A stretch of 64,000 bases of DNA from Myxococcota bacterium (GCA_036229005.1 JAZAMN010000020.1:96001-160000), one strand, 5' to 3'. Shown: positions 39,344-50,995, counted from the first letter of the stretch. Translations and numbers: made by a program. The notes: generated from the letters alone by a model not told the origin.

Positions 39344-40333
39344 TCAGGAGCGCAGGCTGGCGTATGCGGCGTCCAGGAGCAGCAGCTCCTCCAGCTCGGC
39401 CCAGGTGGAGAGGGTCTGCAGGAGCGCCCGACGACGGGCCAGATAGTCGGCGCGCAGGGGCTGCCCCCGCTCCCACCCGAGCTGCAGGTAGGGGTCGTGC
39501 AGGCCGGCCGAGAAGGTGCGCCACTGCTCCGTTGCCCGCTGCACGGCGGCTCGCGCACGGTTGGGGGCCAGGCCGCCGCGGTAGGCCTGTCGCACCAGGG
39601 ACTCCTGGGCGGTGGGCTGCAGCAGCCCCTGCAGCATCAGGCCACGCAGGCCTTCGGCCAGGTCCACCATCGCCTGGCTCCGACGCTCGCTGGGGAGGCG
39701 TCGATCCTGCTCCCGCTGCTTCCCCCGGCGGGCCAGCTCCCGGCTGCGCTCGAGCGTGCTCCGGCTGCTGGTCGGACGGCCCAGGCGCTCCACCCGGTGT
39801 TGCTCAGGGACCTCCCGCGGCGGGGGCGGGGGCTTGGGCGGGTTGGAGGGCGCGGGCACCGTGATCAGCGACTGGGTCTCCCGCAGCGACACGCCCAGGC
39901 GCTTGGCCTCGCGCCCCAGCAGGCGCATGCGCTGGTCGGAGTTCAGCCCTCGGGCCAGCTTGAGCCCCTCCCAGAATTCCCGGAGGGTCTGTTCAGGGGA
40001 GCGCTCGACGGGCAGAGGCGCCGGCTCCGGCGCGCTCAGGGTCTGGGGCGTCGGGTCCAGCACCGGCGCCGGGGGCACATCCATCAGGGTCGCGCCCGCG
40101 AGCACCACCCGCTCCACGGCGTTCTTGTGGCGCAGCATGTGGTGAGCCAGCGTGCCATAGCGTGGGTTGTTCAGCCGAGCCTGGGCCCAGCGGAGCTGGC
40201 CTCCCAGGGCGAGCTTGGCCTGCTGCGGACTGTAGGCCTGGGGCAGGTCGAGCCACTCCAGCACAGAGCCCACCCCGAGCATCCCCAGGAGCTCCGTGAC
40301 CTCGGTCGGCTGTGAGTCGGACGCCATGTTCAT
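39344..40333 (-). CDS. hypothetical protein, possibly with degenerate J-like ends
   Basis: GGAGG RBS before ATG 40333; C-terminal DPYLQLG; no HPD motif. Confidence 0.6.
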   Translation of the reverse strand: MNMASDSQPTEVTELLGMLGVGSVLEWLDLPQAYSPQQAKLALGGQLRWAQARLNNPRYGTLAHHMLRHKNAVERVVLAGATLMDVPPAPVLDPTPQTLSAPEPAPLPVERSPEQTLREFWEGLKLARGLNSDQRMRLLGREAKRLGVSLRETQSLITVPAPSNPPKPPPPPREVPEQHRVERLGRPTSSRSTLERSRELARRGKQREQDRRLPSERRSQAMVDLAEGLRGLMLQGLLQPTAQESLVRQAYRGGLAPNRARAAVQRATEQWRTFSAGLHDPYLQLGWERGQPLRADYLARRRALLQTLSTWAELEELLLLDAAYASLRS

Positions 40334-40650
40334 CTGCCCTTCCTCCACACCATACGCACCTTTGTACAGACCCTGCCCCTGGAACTCTCCTACCCCCCTC
40401 TGACGTTCGCGCCAAAGGTCGGATTTGTCCGGGCTTTCGTCTCGACGTGCCAATCTCTCTCGCTTCCGGAATGCAACTTAGATGAAAGCGCCCAACGATT
40501 CCATTGCGAGCCATTACGAACGCCGGATTTCGCCGAGAGACCCGTCGCCACCCGTCACCAGCCGCACCGAGTCGTCAAAGCCTGTCACGCCGCCGAAGAT
40601 CCGCCCCAGGGGCCCGTCCACGCAGACAGACCCCAACGGAGGAGACCGAC

Positions 40651-41607
40651 ATGTTCATCGCCATCGCCCTCTCTCAAGCCGCCCTCGCCGGAGTCCCCGA
40701 GGGCGATCTCAAGATGACCCGCGTCGCCCTGGACGGCAGCGCCCTCTCCTACAACCTGGACGCCAAGAGCTGGGAGGGCCTGGTCGTCCGCGACGCCCCC
40801 GCGACCCTGGCCGTCTTCCAGGGCTCCACCCTGTTGTGGAGCGCCCCCATCCAGCGCGAGTCCGGCACCATCCACCTGCCCGAGGCCCCGCGCGGCTCCG
40901 CCCCCATCTCCGTCCAGGTCATCGCCTTCCGCGGCGCCTGGATGGCCCGCAGCCTCAACGGCCAGGAGCGCCTGATCGTGGACTCCGGGAGGAAGCAGGG
41001 CGGCGGCAAGGGACATGGCGGGTCCCACCGTGACCACAGCCATGGCCAGAGCCACCGTCAGGCCACCTTCTCCATCAGCGAGGTCATCGAGGCCTGCGAT
41101 GACGCCTTCTACGACAGCGGCCGCGAGCTCCAGTGCGTGAACGCCGCCAAGGTCGCCATCGTCGACCCCACCCCGATGATCGCCGCCTGCGACGACGCCT
41201 TCTACAGCGAGAGCCAGGTCCTGGCCTGCGTGCAGACCGCCGCCATCGCCCGAGAGGACATCGCCCCCCTGATCGACGCCTGTGACGACGCCATGTACGA
41301 GGAGCGCTCCACCCAGCGCTGCATCGCGGCCGCCGCCGCCACCACCGAGCGGCGCGACCACCCCAGCATGGCCCGGATGGAGCAGACCATCGAGGCCTGT
41401 GACGACGCCTTCTACGCCGACGCCAGCATCGCCTCCTGCGTGGAAGGTGCCCTGGGTCACGGCCGCGGCGCCGAGGTGGTCGCCGCCTGCGACGACGCCT
41501 ACTACAGCGAGCGCGACACCCTGGCCTGCATGACCGCCAGCCTCCCCGCCGCCCGCCGCGAAGAGGAGGCCGTGGCCGATTCCCGGGGACACCAGCGCCC
41601 CCGCTGA
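40651..41607 (+). CDS. secreted protein with His-rich linker and five ACDDAFY Cys repeats
   Basis: GGAGGAG RBS; signal peptide; repeated C-DDA[FMY]Y-x7-C. Confidence 0.8.
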   Translation: MFIAIALSQAALAGVPEGDLKMTRVALDGSALSYNLDAKSWEGLVVRDAPATLAVFQGSTLLWSAPIQRESGTIHLPEAPRGSAPISVQVIAFRGAWMARSLNGQERLIVDSGRKQGGGKGHGGSHRDHSHGQSHRQATFSISEVIEACDDAFYDSGRELQCVNAAKVAIVDPTPMIAACDDAFYSESQVLACVQTAAIAREDIAPLIDACDDAMYEERSTQRCIAAAAATTERRDHPSMARMEQTIEACDDAFYADASIASCVEGALGHGRGAEVVAACDDAYYSERDTLACMTASLPAARREEEAVADSRGHQRPR

Positions 41608-41649
41608 GGGGACCGGGGCCGCTCCAGGGATTGGGCGGCCCCGCAGCGC

Positions 41650-42357
41650 CTACCCCTCCACCTCAGCGGACGAGAACGCGCCAACCGGCACCAGCTCCGC
41701 CCAGGATGCGCAGTTGGCGCCCGCCTCGCAGTCATCTTCGCCGCCGATCTGGCCGGAGATCTCCCCGATGACCTCGCCGGCGGAGAAGCTGCCGTCGATG
41801 GTGAGCGAGCGGGTGTCGTAGTCGGTGGGGCTGTCGAGTCCGAGCATCCACGCGTCCATATCAAAGCTCCCCCCCATGGCCTCGGGGTCCAGCTCCTGCA
41901 GGAAGCTGTAGACGAAGCCCTCGCCGTCCTCCACCGCGCTGATGGTGACCTGCTCCAGGTGCTCGTCGAACACGCCATCCTCCGTGGCGACGTCCATGTC
42001 GATCTGGACCTCCAGGCGATCCGGGCAGTACCAGTCGATCAGCAGGACATCACGGCCATCCGACTCCGGCGGCGAGGCGTCCACGAACACCGCCCCGGCC
42101 ACCGAGTCCGCGTCCAGCGCCAGGGTCATGGCGCTCTGCTCGTCGTCCTCGTAGGTGAACAGCGCCTGGTGCGCGTCCCCCTCCGGCAGCACCGCGTCCA
42201 GCAGGTCCTGACCGGAGATCCCCAGGTCGCTGAGCTCGTCCAGGCTCAGCTCGGTGCGGACCTCCTGACAGCCGGCGTCCTCGTTGGCGGGCTCGTCCAC
42301 CAGGAAGCAGGCGGAGAGGAGGGTGAGGGGGATGAGGGAGAAGAGTGCGCGTCGCAT
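41650..42357 (-). CDS. acidic hypothetical lipoprotein
   Basis: MRRALF...LSAC lipobox. Confidence 0.75.
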   Translation of the reverse strand: MRRALFSLIPLTLLSACFLVDEPANEDAGCQEVRTELSLDELSDLGISGQDLLDAVLPEGDAHQALFTYEDDEQSAMTLALDADSVAGAVFVDASPPESDGRDVLLIDWYCPDRLEVQIDMDVATEDGVFDEHLEQVTISAVEDGEGFVYSFLQELDPEAMGGSFDMDAWMLGLDSPTDYDTRSLTIDGSFSAGEVIGEISGQIGGEDDCEAGANCASWAELVPVGAFSSAEVEG

Positions 42358-42508
42358 GGGAACCTCCAAGTTCACCGTCCAAGCAAGCAAGGCGCATGCC
42401 ACACCTCTACAACCCCGACCCCAGCGAGGTCACCGGTTGCCTGACCGCCCGCGGCTGCCGCTGGATCACGACATCCCCGCCGCACCCGCCAGGGGTAGAC
42501 TGCCCGCC

Positions 42509-43201
42509 ATGGGTCACCCCGAAGAGCACACGCAGGACCGCGCATCCTGGCTGCGCGCGGCCGTCCTGGGGGCGAACGACGGCATCGTCTCCACCGCCTC
42601 CCTGGTCCTGGGGGTCGCGGCGGCAGACGCCAACCCGAACAGCACCTGGGTGGCCGGCCTGGCGGGGCTGATCGGCGGCGCGCTGTCCATGGCCGCCGGC
42701 GAGTACGTCTCGGTCAGCTCCCAGCGGGACGTCGAGGAGGCCGATCTCGCCACCGAGCGCCGGGAGCTGCGCGAAGAGCCCGAGCGCGAGCTGGAGGAGC
42801 TCTGCGGCCTGGTCCAGGAGCAGGGCCTGCCCCCGGAGCTGGCCCGGCAGGTCGCTGTCGCGCTCACCGAGCACGACGCCCTCAAGGCCCACGCCCGCCT
42901 GGAGCTGGGCATCAACGTCCAAGAGCTGGCGCGCCCGGTGCAGGCCGCCATCGTGTCGGCCATCTCCTTCTCGACCGGAGCCGCGGTCCCCCTGGCCGTC
43001 ATCCTGCTGGCCCCCGCCGCGATCAAGATGCACGCCACTCTGCTGGCCGCCACCCTGCTGTTGGGCCTGCTCGGCGCCTGGTCGGCGCACCTGGGCGGGG
43101 CACCCGTGGGGCGCGCCACCGCGCGGGTTGTCGTCTGGGGCCTGGCCGCGATGGGCCTGACCGCGGCGATGGGCCACCTCTTCGGGGCGGCGATGGGCTG
43201 A
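42509..43201 (+). CDS. VIT1/CCC1 family Fe/Mn transporter
   Basis: WLRAAVLGANDGIVS, SMAAGEYVSVSSQ, HARLELG. Confidence 0.93.
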   Translation: MGHPEEHTQDRASWLRAAVLGANDGIVSTASLVLGVAAADANPNSTWVAGLAGLIGGALSMAAGEYVSVSSQRDVEEADLATERRELREEPERELEELCGLVQEQGLPPELARQVAVALTEHDALKAHARLELGINVQELARPVQAAIVSAISFSTGAAVPLAVILLAPAAIKMHATLLAATLLLGLLGAWSAHLGGAPVGRATARVVVWGLAAMGLTAAMGHLFGAAMG

Positions 43202-43207
43202 GCCAGC

Positions 43208-43942
43208 TCAGAAGCTGAGCACCAGCCCGCTCACCACGCTCAGGTCGTAGGACTCGTTGCCCTGTACCGGCTGGCTGTCCACCTGCAGCTTGCCCACCAC
43301 CGACCAGTCCAGGTGCTCGCTGACCTCGAGCGTCAGGGACAGCTCCTCGGCCAGGCGCCAGTTGCTCCAGGCGTCCAGGCGGGGCTGGTAGAAGGTGGTG
43401 CTGGCCAGCTCCACCCCGTCTTCGTGGGAGATGGCCAGGATCAGGTAGCTGTTGCCCCGGGGGTGCCAGCCCGCGTCGCTGTCCACGGCGTCGGCGTCCA
43501 GGAGCTGGTACTCGCCCATCGCGCCCACGCCCAGCGTTCCCTCGCTCCAGTCCGTCCGGAACAAGCGGCGCTCCAGCCCGCCGCCCCCCAGCGCGCGGAG
43601 CTGCAGGTCCCGGAAGGCGTTGCGGTCCGACTGCACGAACAGCACCGTGGCCCAGGGGTCCGAGAAGGCCCAGGTCTCCCGCGCGTGCACGAAGGCCTTG
43701 TCCGCGATCACCGTGTCGAAGGCCACCGCCCGCTCCCCGCTCACCCGCAGCAGGACCCGGTGCTCCTGGCCCACGAACTGCGCCCCCAGCGCGCCGTTCA
43801 CGCTGAGCCGCTGCTCGTTCCCCTCCAGCAGCGTGCCCCCGACCTTCATCGAGACCGTGCGCCCGGGATCCGGCGGACCCACCTGCGGCTGGAGCACGTT
43901 GACGATGGCGGCTTGGGAGAGGGAGGCGAGCAGGAGCAGCAT
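43208..43942 (-). CDS. DUF481-like outer-membrane beta-barrel protein
   Basis: Signal peptide; R..GGG, TFYQP, C-terminal Phe. Confidence 0.75.
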   Translation of the reverse strand: MLLLLASLSQAAIVNVLQPQVGPPDPGRTVSMKVGGTLLEGNEQRLSVNGALGAQFVGQEHRVLLRVSGERAVAFDTVIADKAFVHARETWAFSDPWATVLFVQSDRNAFRDLQLRALGGGGLERRLFRTDWSEGTLGVGAMGEYQLLDADAVDSDAGWHPRGNSYLILAISHEDGVELASTTFYQPRLDAWSNWRLAEELSLTLEVSEHLDWSVVGKLQVDSQPVQGNESYDLSVVSGLVLSF

Positions 43943-43992
43943 GGGGGCCTCTTCACCCAGTCCGACGATGGACGCGAGCCTTGCCTCCTATT

Positions 43993-44007
43993 TGCGACTC
44001 AATTGCA
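43993..44007. promoter_or_regulatory. putative Zur-type operator
   Basis: TGCGAC-TCA-ATTGCA resembles TGCAAC-N3-GTTGCA; in AT-rich divergent intergenic DNA before the CobW gene. Confidence 0.55.
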
Positions 44008-44049
44008 TTAGCGTCTTGATCGCACTAATCTCCGGACATGGAGAACCCC

Positions 44050-45266
<1,217 letters not shown>

Positions 45267-45270
<4 letters not shown>

Positions 45271-46493
45271 GCGCGGCCCCCGGCGCCCCCCTGGAGTGGC
45301 TGATCATCGGCGGCGGGATCCACGGCGTGCACCTGGCCGTCCGCCTGCTGGCCGAGGCCCAGACCCAGCCCGAGCGCCTGCGCATCCTGGACCCGGGCCC
45401 CGCCCTGCTCAGCCGCTGGCGGCAGTGCTCCACCAACACGGGCATGCGGCACCTGCGCTCCCCCGCCGTGCACCACCTGGACGTGGACCCCTGGGACCTG
45501 CTGGCCTTCGCGGGGGCCAACCACCGCGGCAAGGGCGCCCCCGAGGGCTCCTTCGCGCCCCCCTACTCCCGGCCCTCGGTCGCGCTGTTTGACCGCCACT
45601 GTCAGGAGATCGTCGCGCGCTACGGCCTCCAGGACCTCCACATCTGCGACCGGGCCACCCGCGTGGCGCTGGGCTGTGACCACGTCACGGTCACCCTGGG
45701 CGAGGGCGCCCCCATCCATGCCCAGCGCGTGATCCTGGCCCTGGGCGCCGGAGACCAGCCCCGCTGGCCGAGCTGGGCCATCGAGCTGCAGACCCACAGC
45801 CTGCCCATCGAGCACGTCTTCTCCCCCGGCTTCCGCCTGGATCCAGAGCAGTGGCCGCAGCGGATGGCCGTCATCGGCGGGGGCATCTCCGCCGCACAGG
45901 TCGCCATGCGTCTGGCCGACGCCGGCAAGGAGGTCCACCTGGTCACCCGGCACCCTCTGCGCCGGCACCAGTTCGACAGCGACCCCGGCTGGATCGGCCC
46001 CAAGTACATGCGCGGCTTTTCGGCCACCCCGGATCTGCGCGCGCGCCGCGCCATGATCACCGAGGCCCGCCACCCCGGCTCCCTCCCCCCCGACGTGCAC
46101 CGCGCCCTGCGCCTGGCCATCAGCCAACAGCGCGTTCAGCTCCACCTGGGCCAGCCCCACGCCCACCTCCACCAGGGCCAGATCGTCCTGAACGTGGCCG
46201 AGGACTACTTCCCCGTCGACGGCGTGCTGCTGGCGACCGGCTTCGAGGGCGCCCGTCCCGGAGGCGCGCTGGTGGACGCCCTGGTCCAGAGCCACGCCCT
46301 GCCCTGCTCCGACTGCGGCTACCCCGTGGTCGATCCCCAGCTCCGCTGGCACCCCCGCGTCTACGTCACCGGCCCCCTGGCCGAGCTGGAGCTGGGCCCG
46401 GTCGCCCGGAACATCGTCGGAGCCCGCCGGGCCGCCGAGCGCATCGTCCCCACCGCCATCCAGGACAGCGCGCCCCGGTCCTATTCCACGTAG
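45267..46493 (+). CDS. FAD/NAD(P)-dependent oxidoreductase (N-hydroxylase-like)
   Basis: [30 protein letters not shown]-coupled to CobW. Confidence 0.82.
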
Positions 46494-48124
46494 CCCAGGG
46501 CCCTCAGCGCCTCGACGTCCACCTCGGCCGCCGCGCTCCCTTCACTCAGCCCCAGGCTGCCAAGCGCCTCCAGCAGCTCCAGGTCGCTCACCGGCGCGCG
46601 CACCTGGCCCGTGGGGTCCACCGCCAGATCCACCTGCCAGGCCGGGCCCTCCTGCGGGCGCACCACGCGCAGATCGCCGCGCCTCGCGCTCGCCTCATGG
46701 CTCATGTACTTGTTGCCCACCGCCAATGCGATGCGTTGGGCCGGCACACCCTGAGCCAGGTCGATCCCCCTCGGCTCCAGCCCCGCCACGGCCCGCAGCG
46801 TCGGCGCGATGTCCACCAGGCTCGCCACGCCCGCGCCCGCCTCCACAAAGCCCGGGTGCCGCAGGGCCAGGGGCACGTCGACCACCACCCCGGCGTGGGT
46901 GTGCCCGTGCTCGAAGCCGCCGTGGTCCCAGAGCTCCTCGCCGTGGTCGGCCGTCAGGACGATGACCGCCTGCTCCTCCAGGCCCTGCGCGGCCAGGGCG
47001 TCCAGCACCCGCAGGATCTGCGCGTCCACGTAGGCGACCTCCCCCGCGTAGCCGGCCCGGGTGTCCTGCCGCTGCTGGCTGCCCACGATGCCCGCGTTCA
47101 GGTAGTCGCTACGCCGCCAGTTCCACACCGAGCTGTCCCGCGGCGCGTGGCGGTGCGGCAGGTGCACGTCCAGCAGGTGCAGCCAGATGAACCCGCCCTG
47201 GGCGCCCCCGGACTCGATGTGGGCGACGGCGCGGTCCACCAGCACCTCGCTGTCCCAGTAGCTGTCCTGATCGACGGGCCGCCCCCCAAAGACCAGGCGG
47301 TGGGCCGCGCGCTCGTTGACGTGGAAGAAGTCCTCAAAGCCCCGGTCCATCCCCGTGCTGGAGGACGCGAAGGGGTTCGCCACGAACGCCGCCGTGTTGT
47401 AGCCGGCCGCGGCCAGCTCTTCGGCGAGGAGGGGGACCTCGGCGTTCACCGACTGGTAGCCCACCCCGCTGGCGCCGGCCCCATGCTCACCGGGCAGCAA
47501 TCCCGTCATCGTCGAGGCCAGGCTGGGCAGGGTCCAGCTCGAGGTCGCCATCGCCCGCGGCCACAGCGCGCCCCCGTCCGCGATGCGCTGGGCGGACTGC
47601 ATCGACAGGGCCTCGTCGGCGCGCAGGGTGTCGACGGTGATGAGGAGCACCGGGGGGCCCTGGGTGGTGGGCCCATCATTCCGCGAAAACCAGCCAGCCA
47701 CCTCCTTCTTGAGCTGACCGACCGGGTCCCCGACGTAGCTGCCGGAGAGCACCAGCACGCGCTGGATGGCGACCCCTGGGAGCAGGGCCAGAAGGCCCAC
47801 CCACCAGGCACCGAAGGACTCGGAGACGCGCACGAACACGCCCGCCAGGACCAGCACGCCGACCCCAAAGCAGAAGGGCGTCAGCAGGCCCGCGGGCAGG
47901 TGCAGCCAGACGCCGCCGAGCACCAGCAGCACCGCCGGGATCCAGCCGGAGCGCAGGGGGCCTTCGGGGGCCAGCCGCCACTGCGCCACACCGAGCCCCG
48001 CGAACACCCCGAGCTCCACGAGCACGCGCCACAGCTCCGGTCGAGCCACCGCCTGGTAGGCGAAAGGCAGCTCCAGCAGGGGCGCGAGCAGCCAGGGCAG
48101 GAGCATCAGGGGGGTGCGCTTCAC
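46481..48124 (-). CDS. membrane-anchored sulfatase/alkaline-phosphatase superfamily protein
   Basis: TVDTLRAD, SWTLPS, ADHGEE, HGH, LRALGY. Confidence 0.85.
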   Translation of the reverse strand: MKRTPLMLLPWLLAPLLELPFAYQAVARPELWRVLVELGVFAGLGVAQWRLAPEGPLRSGWIPAVLLVLGGVWLHLPAGLLTPFCFGVGVLVLAGVFVRVSESFGAWWVGLLALLPGVAIQRVLVLSGSYVGDPVGQLKKEVAGWFSRNDGPTTQGPPVLLITVDTLRADEALSMQSAQRIADGGALWPRAMATSSWTLPSLASTMTGLLPGEHGAGASGVGYQSVNAEVPLLAEELAAAGYNTAAFVANPFASSSTGMDRGFEDFFHVNERAAHRLVFGGRPVDQDSYWDSEVLVDRAVAHIESGGAQGGFIWLHLLDVHLPHRHAPRDSSVWNWRRSDYLNAGIVGSQQRQDTRAGYAGEVAYVDAQILRVLDALAAQGLEEQAVIVLTADHGEELWDHGGFEHGHTHAGVVVDVPLALRHPGFVEAGAGVASLVDIAPTLRAVAGLEPRGIDLAQGVPAQRIALAVGNKYMSHEASARRGDLRVVRPQEGPAWQVDLAVDPTGQVRAPVSDLELLEALGSLGLSEGSAAAEVDVEALRALGYVE

Positions 48125-48162
48125 GGGCGGCAGACTACCGCGTTGGGGTGTAGGCTGCGGGC

Positions 48163-48924
48163 ATGCTGCTCTTCGTCCTCGCCTGCGGGAACCCCTCTGT
48201 TCCCGGTGACTCCCCCGCTGACAGCGACAGCGGTGTGGACTCCGATCCCCTGGGCTGCCCCGCCCCCACGCCTCTGGCGCAGGTCGGGGACGCGGAGGAC
48301 TGCCCCAGCCTGGAGCCCGGCCTCAACCGCATCGAGGGCGACGGCTTCCGCTACCTGCTCTCCAAGCCCGAGGCCGACGCCGACGACCTGGAGGCCCTGG
48401 TCTTCCTCCCCGGCGGCCCCGCCGACGCCAACAGCGCGGAGATCAACTACTTCCAGTTCCTGGCCCCCATGGAGGGCGCGAGCGCGCGCTGGGTGGTCGT
48501 CCCCCACACCTGGGACGGCAGCGGCGATCGGGCGGAGGAGGCGCTGGCCAGCCTGGAGCACTTCCAGGGCTGCTACGCCCACGACACGGCCCGCGTGCAC
48601 TTGATCGGGCACAGCTCAGGCGGTCGCGTGGCATACCCCATGGGCGTGGCCCACCCCGATCCCTTCAGGTCCATGACCGGACTCCCCGCTGACTTCGGCG
48701 ACGTCGAGGACACGCTGCTGCAGACCGGCCTGGAGTGCCTGCCCGTGCACCACGTGGTGGGCGCCGACGACGCCGGCTGGGTGGAGGCCGCCGAGGCCAA
48801 CCACGCGCGCATGGAGTCCCTGGGCCTGGACAGCACCCTCAGCATCGTCCCGGACATGGGCCACGGCCCCAACGAAGACTGGGACGGCAGCCTGCTGAGC
48901 GACTACTGGACCGATCTGGACTGA
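48163..48924 (+). CDS. alpha/beta-hydrolase lipoprotein
   Basis: VLAC lipobox; GHSSGG, G.DD, MGH. Confidence 0.82.
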   Translation: MLLFVLACGNPSVPGDSPADSDSGVDSDPLGCPAPTPLAQVGDAEDCPSLEPGLNRIEGDGFRYLLSKPEADADDLEALVFLPGGPADANSAEINYFQFLAPMEGASARWVVVPHTWDGSGDRAEEALASLEHFQGCYAHDTARVHLIGHSSGGRVAYPMGVAHPDPFRSMTGLPADFGDVEDTLLQTGLECLPVHHVVGADDAGWVEAAEANHARMESLGLDSTLSIVPDMGHGPNEDWDGSLLSDYWTDLD

Positions 48925-48933
48925 GGAGACCGC

Positions 48934-49446
48934 ATGCTGCTGCTGTTGTTGGCCTGCACCCCCGAGACCGGCGTCCCCGGCCTGATGGGCAGCGCGCCCC
49001 TGGGCGAGGGCACCCTGGCCCCCGACTTCGAGCTGCCCGACGTGAACCCCGCCTCCGCCAGCTTCGAGGAGCAGGTGAGCGTGTCCCAGCACCTGGAGCG
49101 CGGCAGCGTCTGGTACTTCGGCCACAGCACGTGAGGGGGCTGCCGTAGCCAGTTTGGCTACCTGACCCAGATGCACGACGAGCTGCCCGAGGGCATCGAC
49201 ATCATCGGCGTGAACGAGGAAGGCGAGGAGCTGGGCAACGCCCTGGTGGACTCGGACCTGCCCTGGCTGCAGGACAGCCTGGAGGTCGACGCCTGGGGCG
49301 CCTGGGGCGTGGAGTGGCGCGACGTGATCCTGGTCGACGTGGACGGTGCCTTCGCCGGGCGCACCAACCTGGTCATCCACGACCTGGGCGACCCGGAGAC
49401 CTACGCGGCGCTGAAGGCGGAGATCGAGGCCCTTGCGCCGGAGTAG
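48934..49446 (+). CDS. selenoprotein: thioredoxin-fold (AhpC/TlpA-like) lipoprotein with UxxC; TGA 49132-49134 read as Sec
   Basis: APDFELPD...WYFGHST-U-GGC-RSQ...IIGVN...LPWLQD...WG..W...ILVD; ORFs 48934..49134 and 49171..49446 are in the same frame. Confidence 0.88.
49135..49170 (+). promoter_or_regulatory. bacterial SECIS-like hairpin
   Basis: GTAGCCA-GTT-TGGCTAC (49145-49161); loop begins with GT, 17 nt after the UGA. Confidence 0.75.
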
Positions 49447-49624
49447 TTCTCCGAATCACAAGTTCCGCCCCCCTTCGAGGGTCGGAACTCGTGCTGCAGA
49501 GAACTATTGTTGTCTCCGGGGGACACCCCCGGGAATGCGCCTGGAGGCGCAGCCCCCGCGGGCCCCGCGGGCCCGGGTTCTGCCGGACAGCTCTACAGGC
49601 ACTGTCATGTCGGACCGGCAGAAC
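49444..49624 (+). repeat. multi-hairpin dispersed element, copy 1
   Basis: TAGTTCTC..GAGAACTA stem, CCGGGGG-ACA-CCCCCGG, GTTCTGCCGG..CCGGCAGAAC; homologous to 52150-52347 on the minus strand. Confidence 0.65.
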
Positions 49625-49720
49625 GATTGAAACCCCCACGGGAAGGATTGTCCCAACATTGCGCGTTGTAAAGTGACATGCCGGGCTAGTATTCCTGAGC
49701 CAGAACAAAGGAGTTCCTCC

Positions 49721-50287
49721 ATGCGCAAGCACATCACCGCAATCGCCCTGTCCCTGCTCGCCCTCCCCGCCGTCGCCTTCGCGGCCGACGACTACAAGGT
49801 CGACACCGTCCACTCCGCCGTCGTGTTCCACGCCGTGCACTTTGGCGTGGGCCACACCTACGGCCGCTTCAACGACTTCGAGGGCACCTTCGTCGTCGAC
49901 AACGGCGCGCCCACCAGCATCGACGTCACCGTCAAGGCCGAGTCGGTGGACACCAACGTCGAGAAGCGCGACAAGCACCTCGCCAGCCCCGACTACCTGA
50001 ACGCAGGTGAGTTCCCCGAGATCCACTTCGTCTCCAAGAAGATCACCCCCGCGGGTGAGGGCAAGTGGACCGCCGAGGGCGACCTGACTTTCCACGGCAC
50101 CACCAAGCCCATCACCGTGACCCTGAACAAGGTCGGCGAGGGCAAGGACGCCTGGGGCGGCTACCGATACGGCTTTGAGACCAGCTTCCAGGTCAAGCGC
50201 AGCGACTTCGGCCTGCCCGAGCAGGACGGCGTCTCCGACGAGATCAACCTGATCGTGGCCCTCGAGGGCACCAAGAAGAAGCTCTGA
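49721..50287 (+). CDS. YceI family protein
   Basis: D..HS.V.F, GRF, RDKHL.S.DY, GDLT.HG.TK, KRSDFG. Confidence 0.93.
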   Translation: MRKHITAIALSLLALPAVAFAADDYKVDTVHSAVVFHAVHFGVGHTYGRFNDFEGTFVVDNGAPTSIDVTVKAESVDTNVEKRDKHLASPDYLNAGEFPEIHFVSKKITPAGEGKWTAEGDLTFHGTTKPITVTLNKVGEGKDAWGGYRYGFETSFQVKRSDFGLPEQDGVSDEINLIVALEGTKKKL

Positions 50288-50295
50288 GCTTCCCC

Positions 50296-50967
50296 TTGAA
50301 CGCCGACCGCCAAGCCCGCCTGCGAGGCCTGCTCTTCTGGGCAGTCCTCAGCGCCGCCTGGTGGTTGGCCTTGAGCCCGCCCTCCTGGCCGCCCCACGCG
50401 GCGGTGGACTGGCGGCTCAGCACCACCCCCTTGCTGCTGCCGGCCCTCTGCTTTCTTCGTGGCCGGTGGCAGTCTGGGGCGCTGGTGCTTGGGGGGATCG
50501 CGCTGCTGGGGCTCACCCTGCAGTCCCTGTGGTCGCGCACCGACACGCTGATCTCGCTGGGGGTCATCGCGGGGAGCGTCGCCCTGCTGCTGCTCACCTG
50601 GGCCGGCCTGCGACGCGCCCGGAACCCCGCTGTGCTGCCGGTTCTGGCGCTGGGCATCGGGCTGGTGGTCGCCGTGGACAGCTCCGTCCGGCTGGGCCAG
50701 GAGGCCATGATCCTGGGCGCGCTGCTGGCCCTGTTCCGGGGTCGAAGCACGCTGCTGGGCGGCGCAGTGCTCGCCATGCTGCCCATCCTGGGGGCCTCTG
50801 TGGCCTACGCGGACGCCGAGCGCGTGCTGCCTCTGATCCTGCTCGCGGCCCTCTCCCCTTGGGTCACCGGCGGGCGCGGCGCGCTCAAGGAGCTGCTGGG
50901 TGTGCTGCTGCCGCTGGGGCTGGCCACGATCCCCGGTCTGCTGGAGCTCAAGGAGATGGCCGGCTGA
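50296..50967 (+). CDS. hypothetical membrane protein
   Basis: Leu-rich multi-TM ORF. Confidence 0.6.
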   Translation: MNADRQARLRGLLFWAVLSAAWWLALSPPSWPPHAAVDWRLSTTPLLLPALCFLRGRWQSGALVLGGIALLGLTLQSLWSRTDTLISLGVIAGSVALLLLTWAGLRRARNPAVLPVLALGIGLVVAVDSSVRLGQEAMILGALLALFRGRSTLLGGAVLAMLPILGASVAYADAERVLPLILLAALSPWVTGGRGALKELLGVLLPLGLATIPGLLELKEMAG

Positions 50968-50995
50968 TCCGCTGCCCCAATGGAGAGGTGATGCG

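Noticed and set aside
39344..40333. DnaJ co-chaperone
   Set aside because: Only a DPY..LG resemblance; the HPD motif is missing
48934..49446. Pseudogene with a nonsense mutation
   Set aside because: The stop is TGA exactly at the redox Cys position, is followed by a SECIS-like hairpin, and both halves keep intact coding bias
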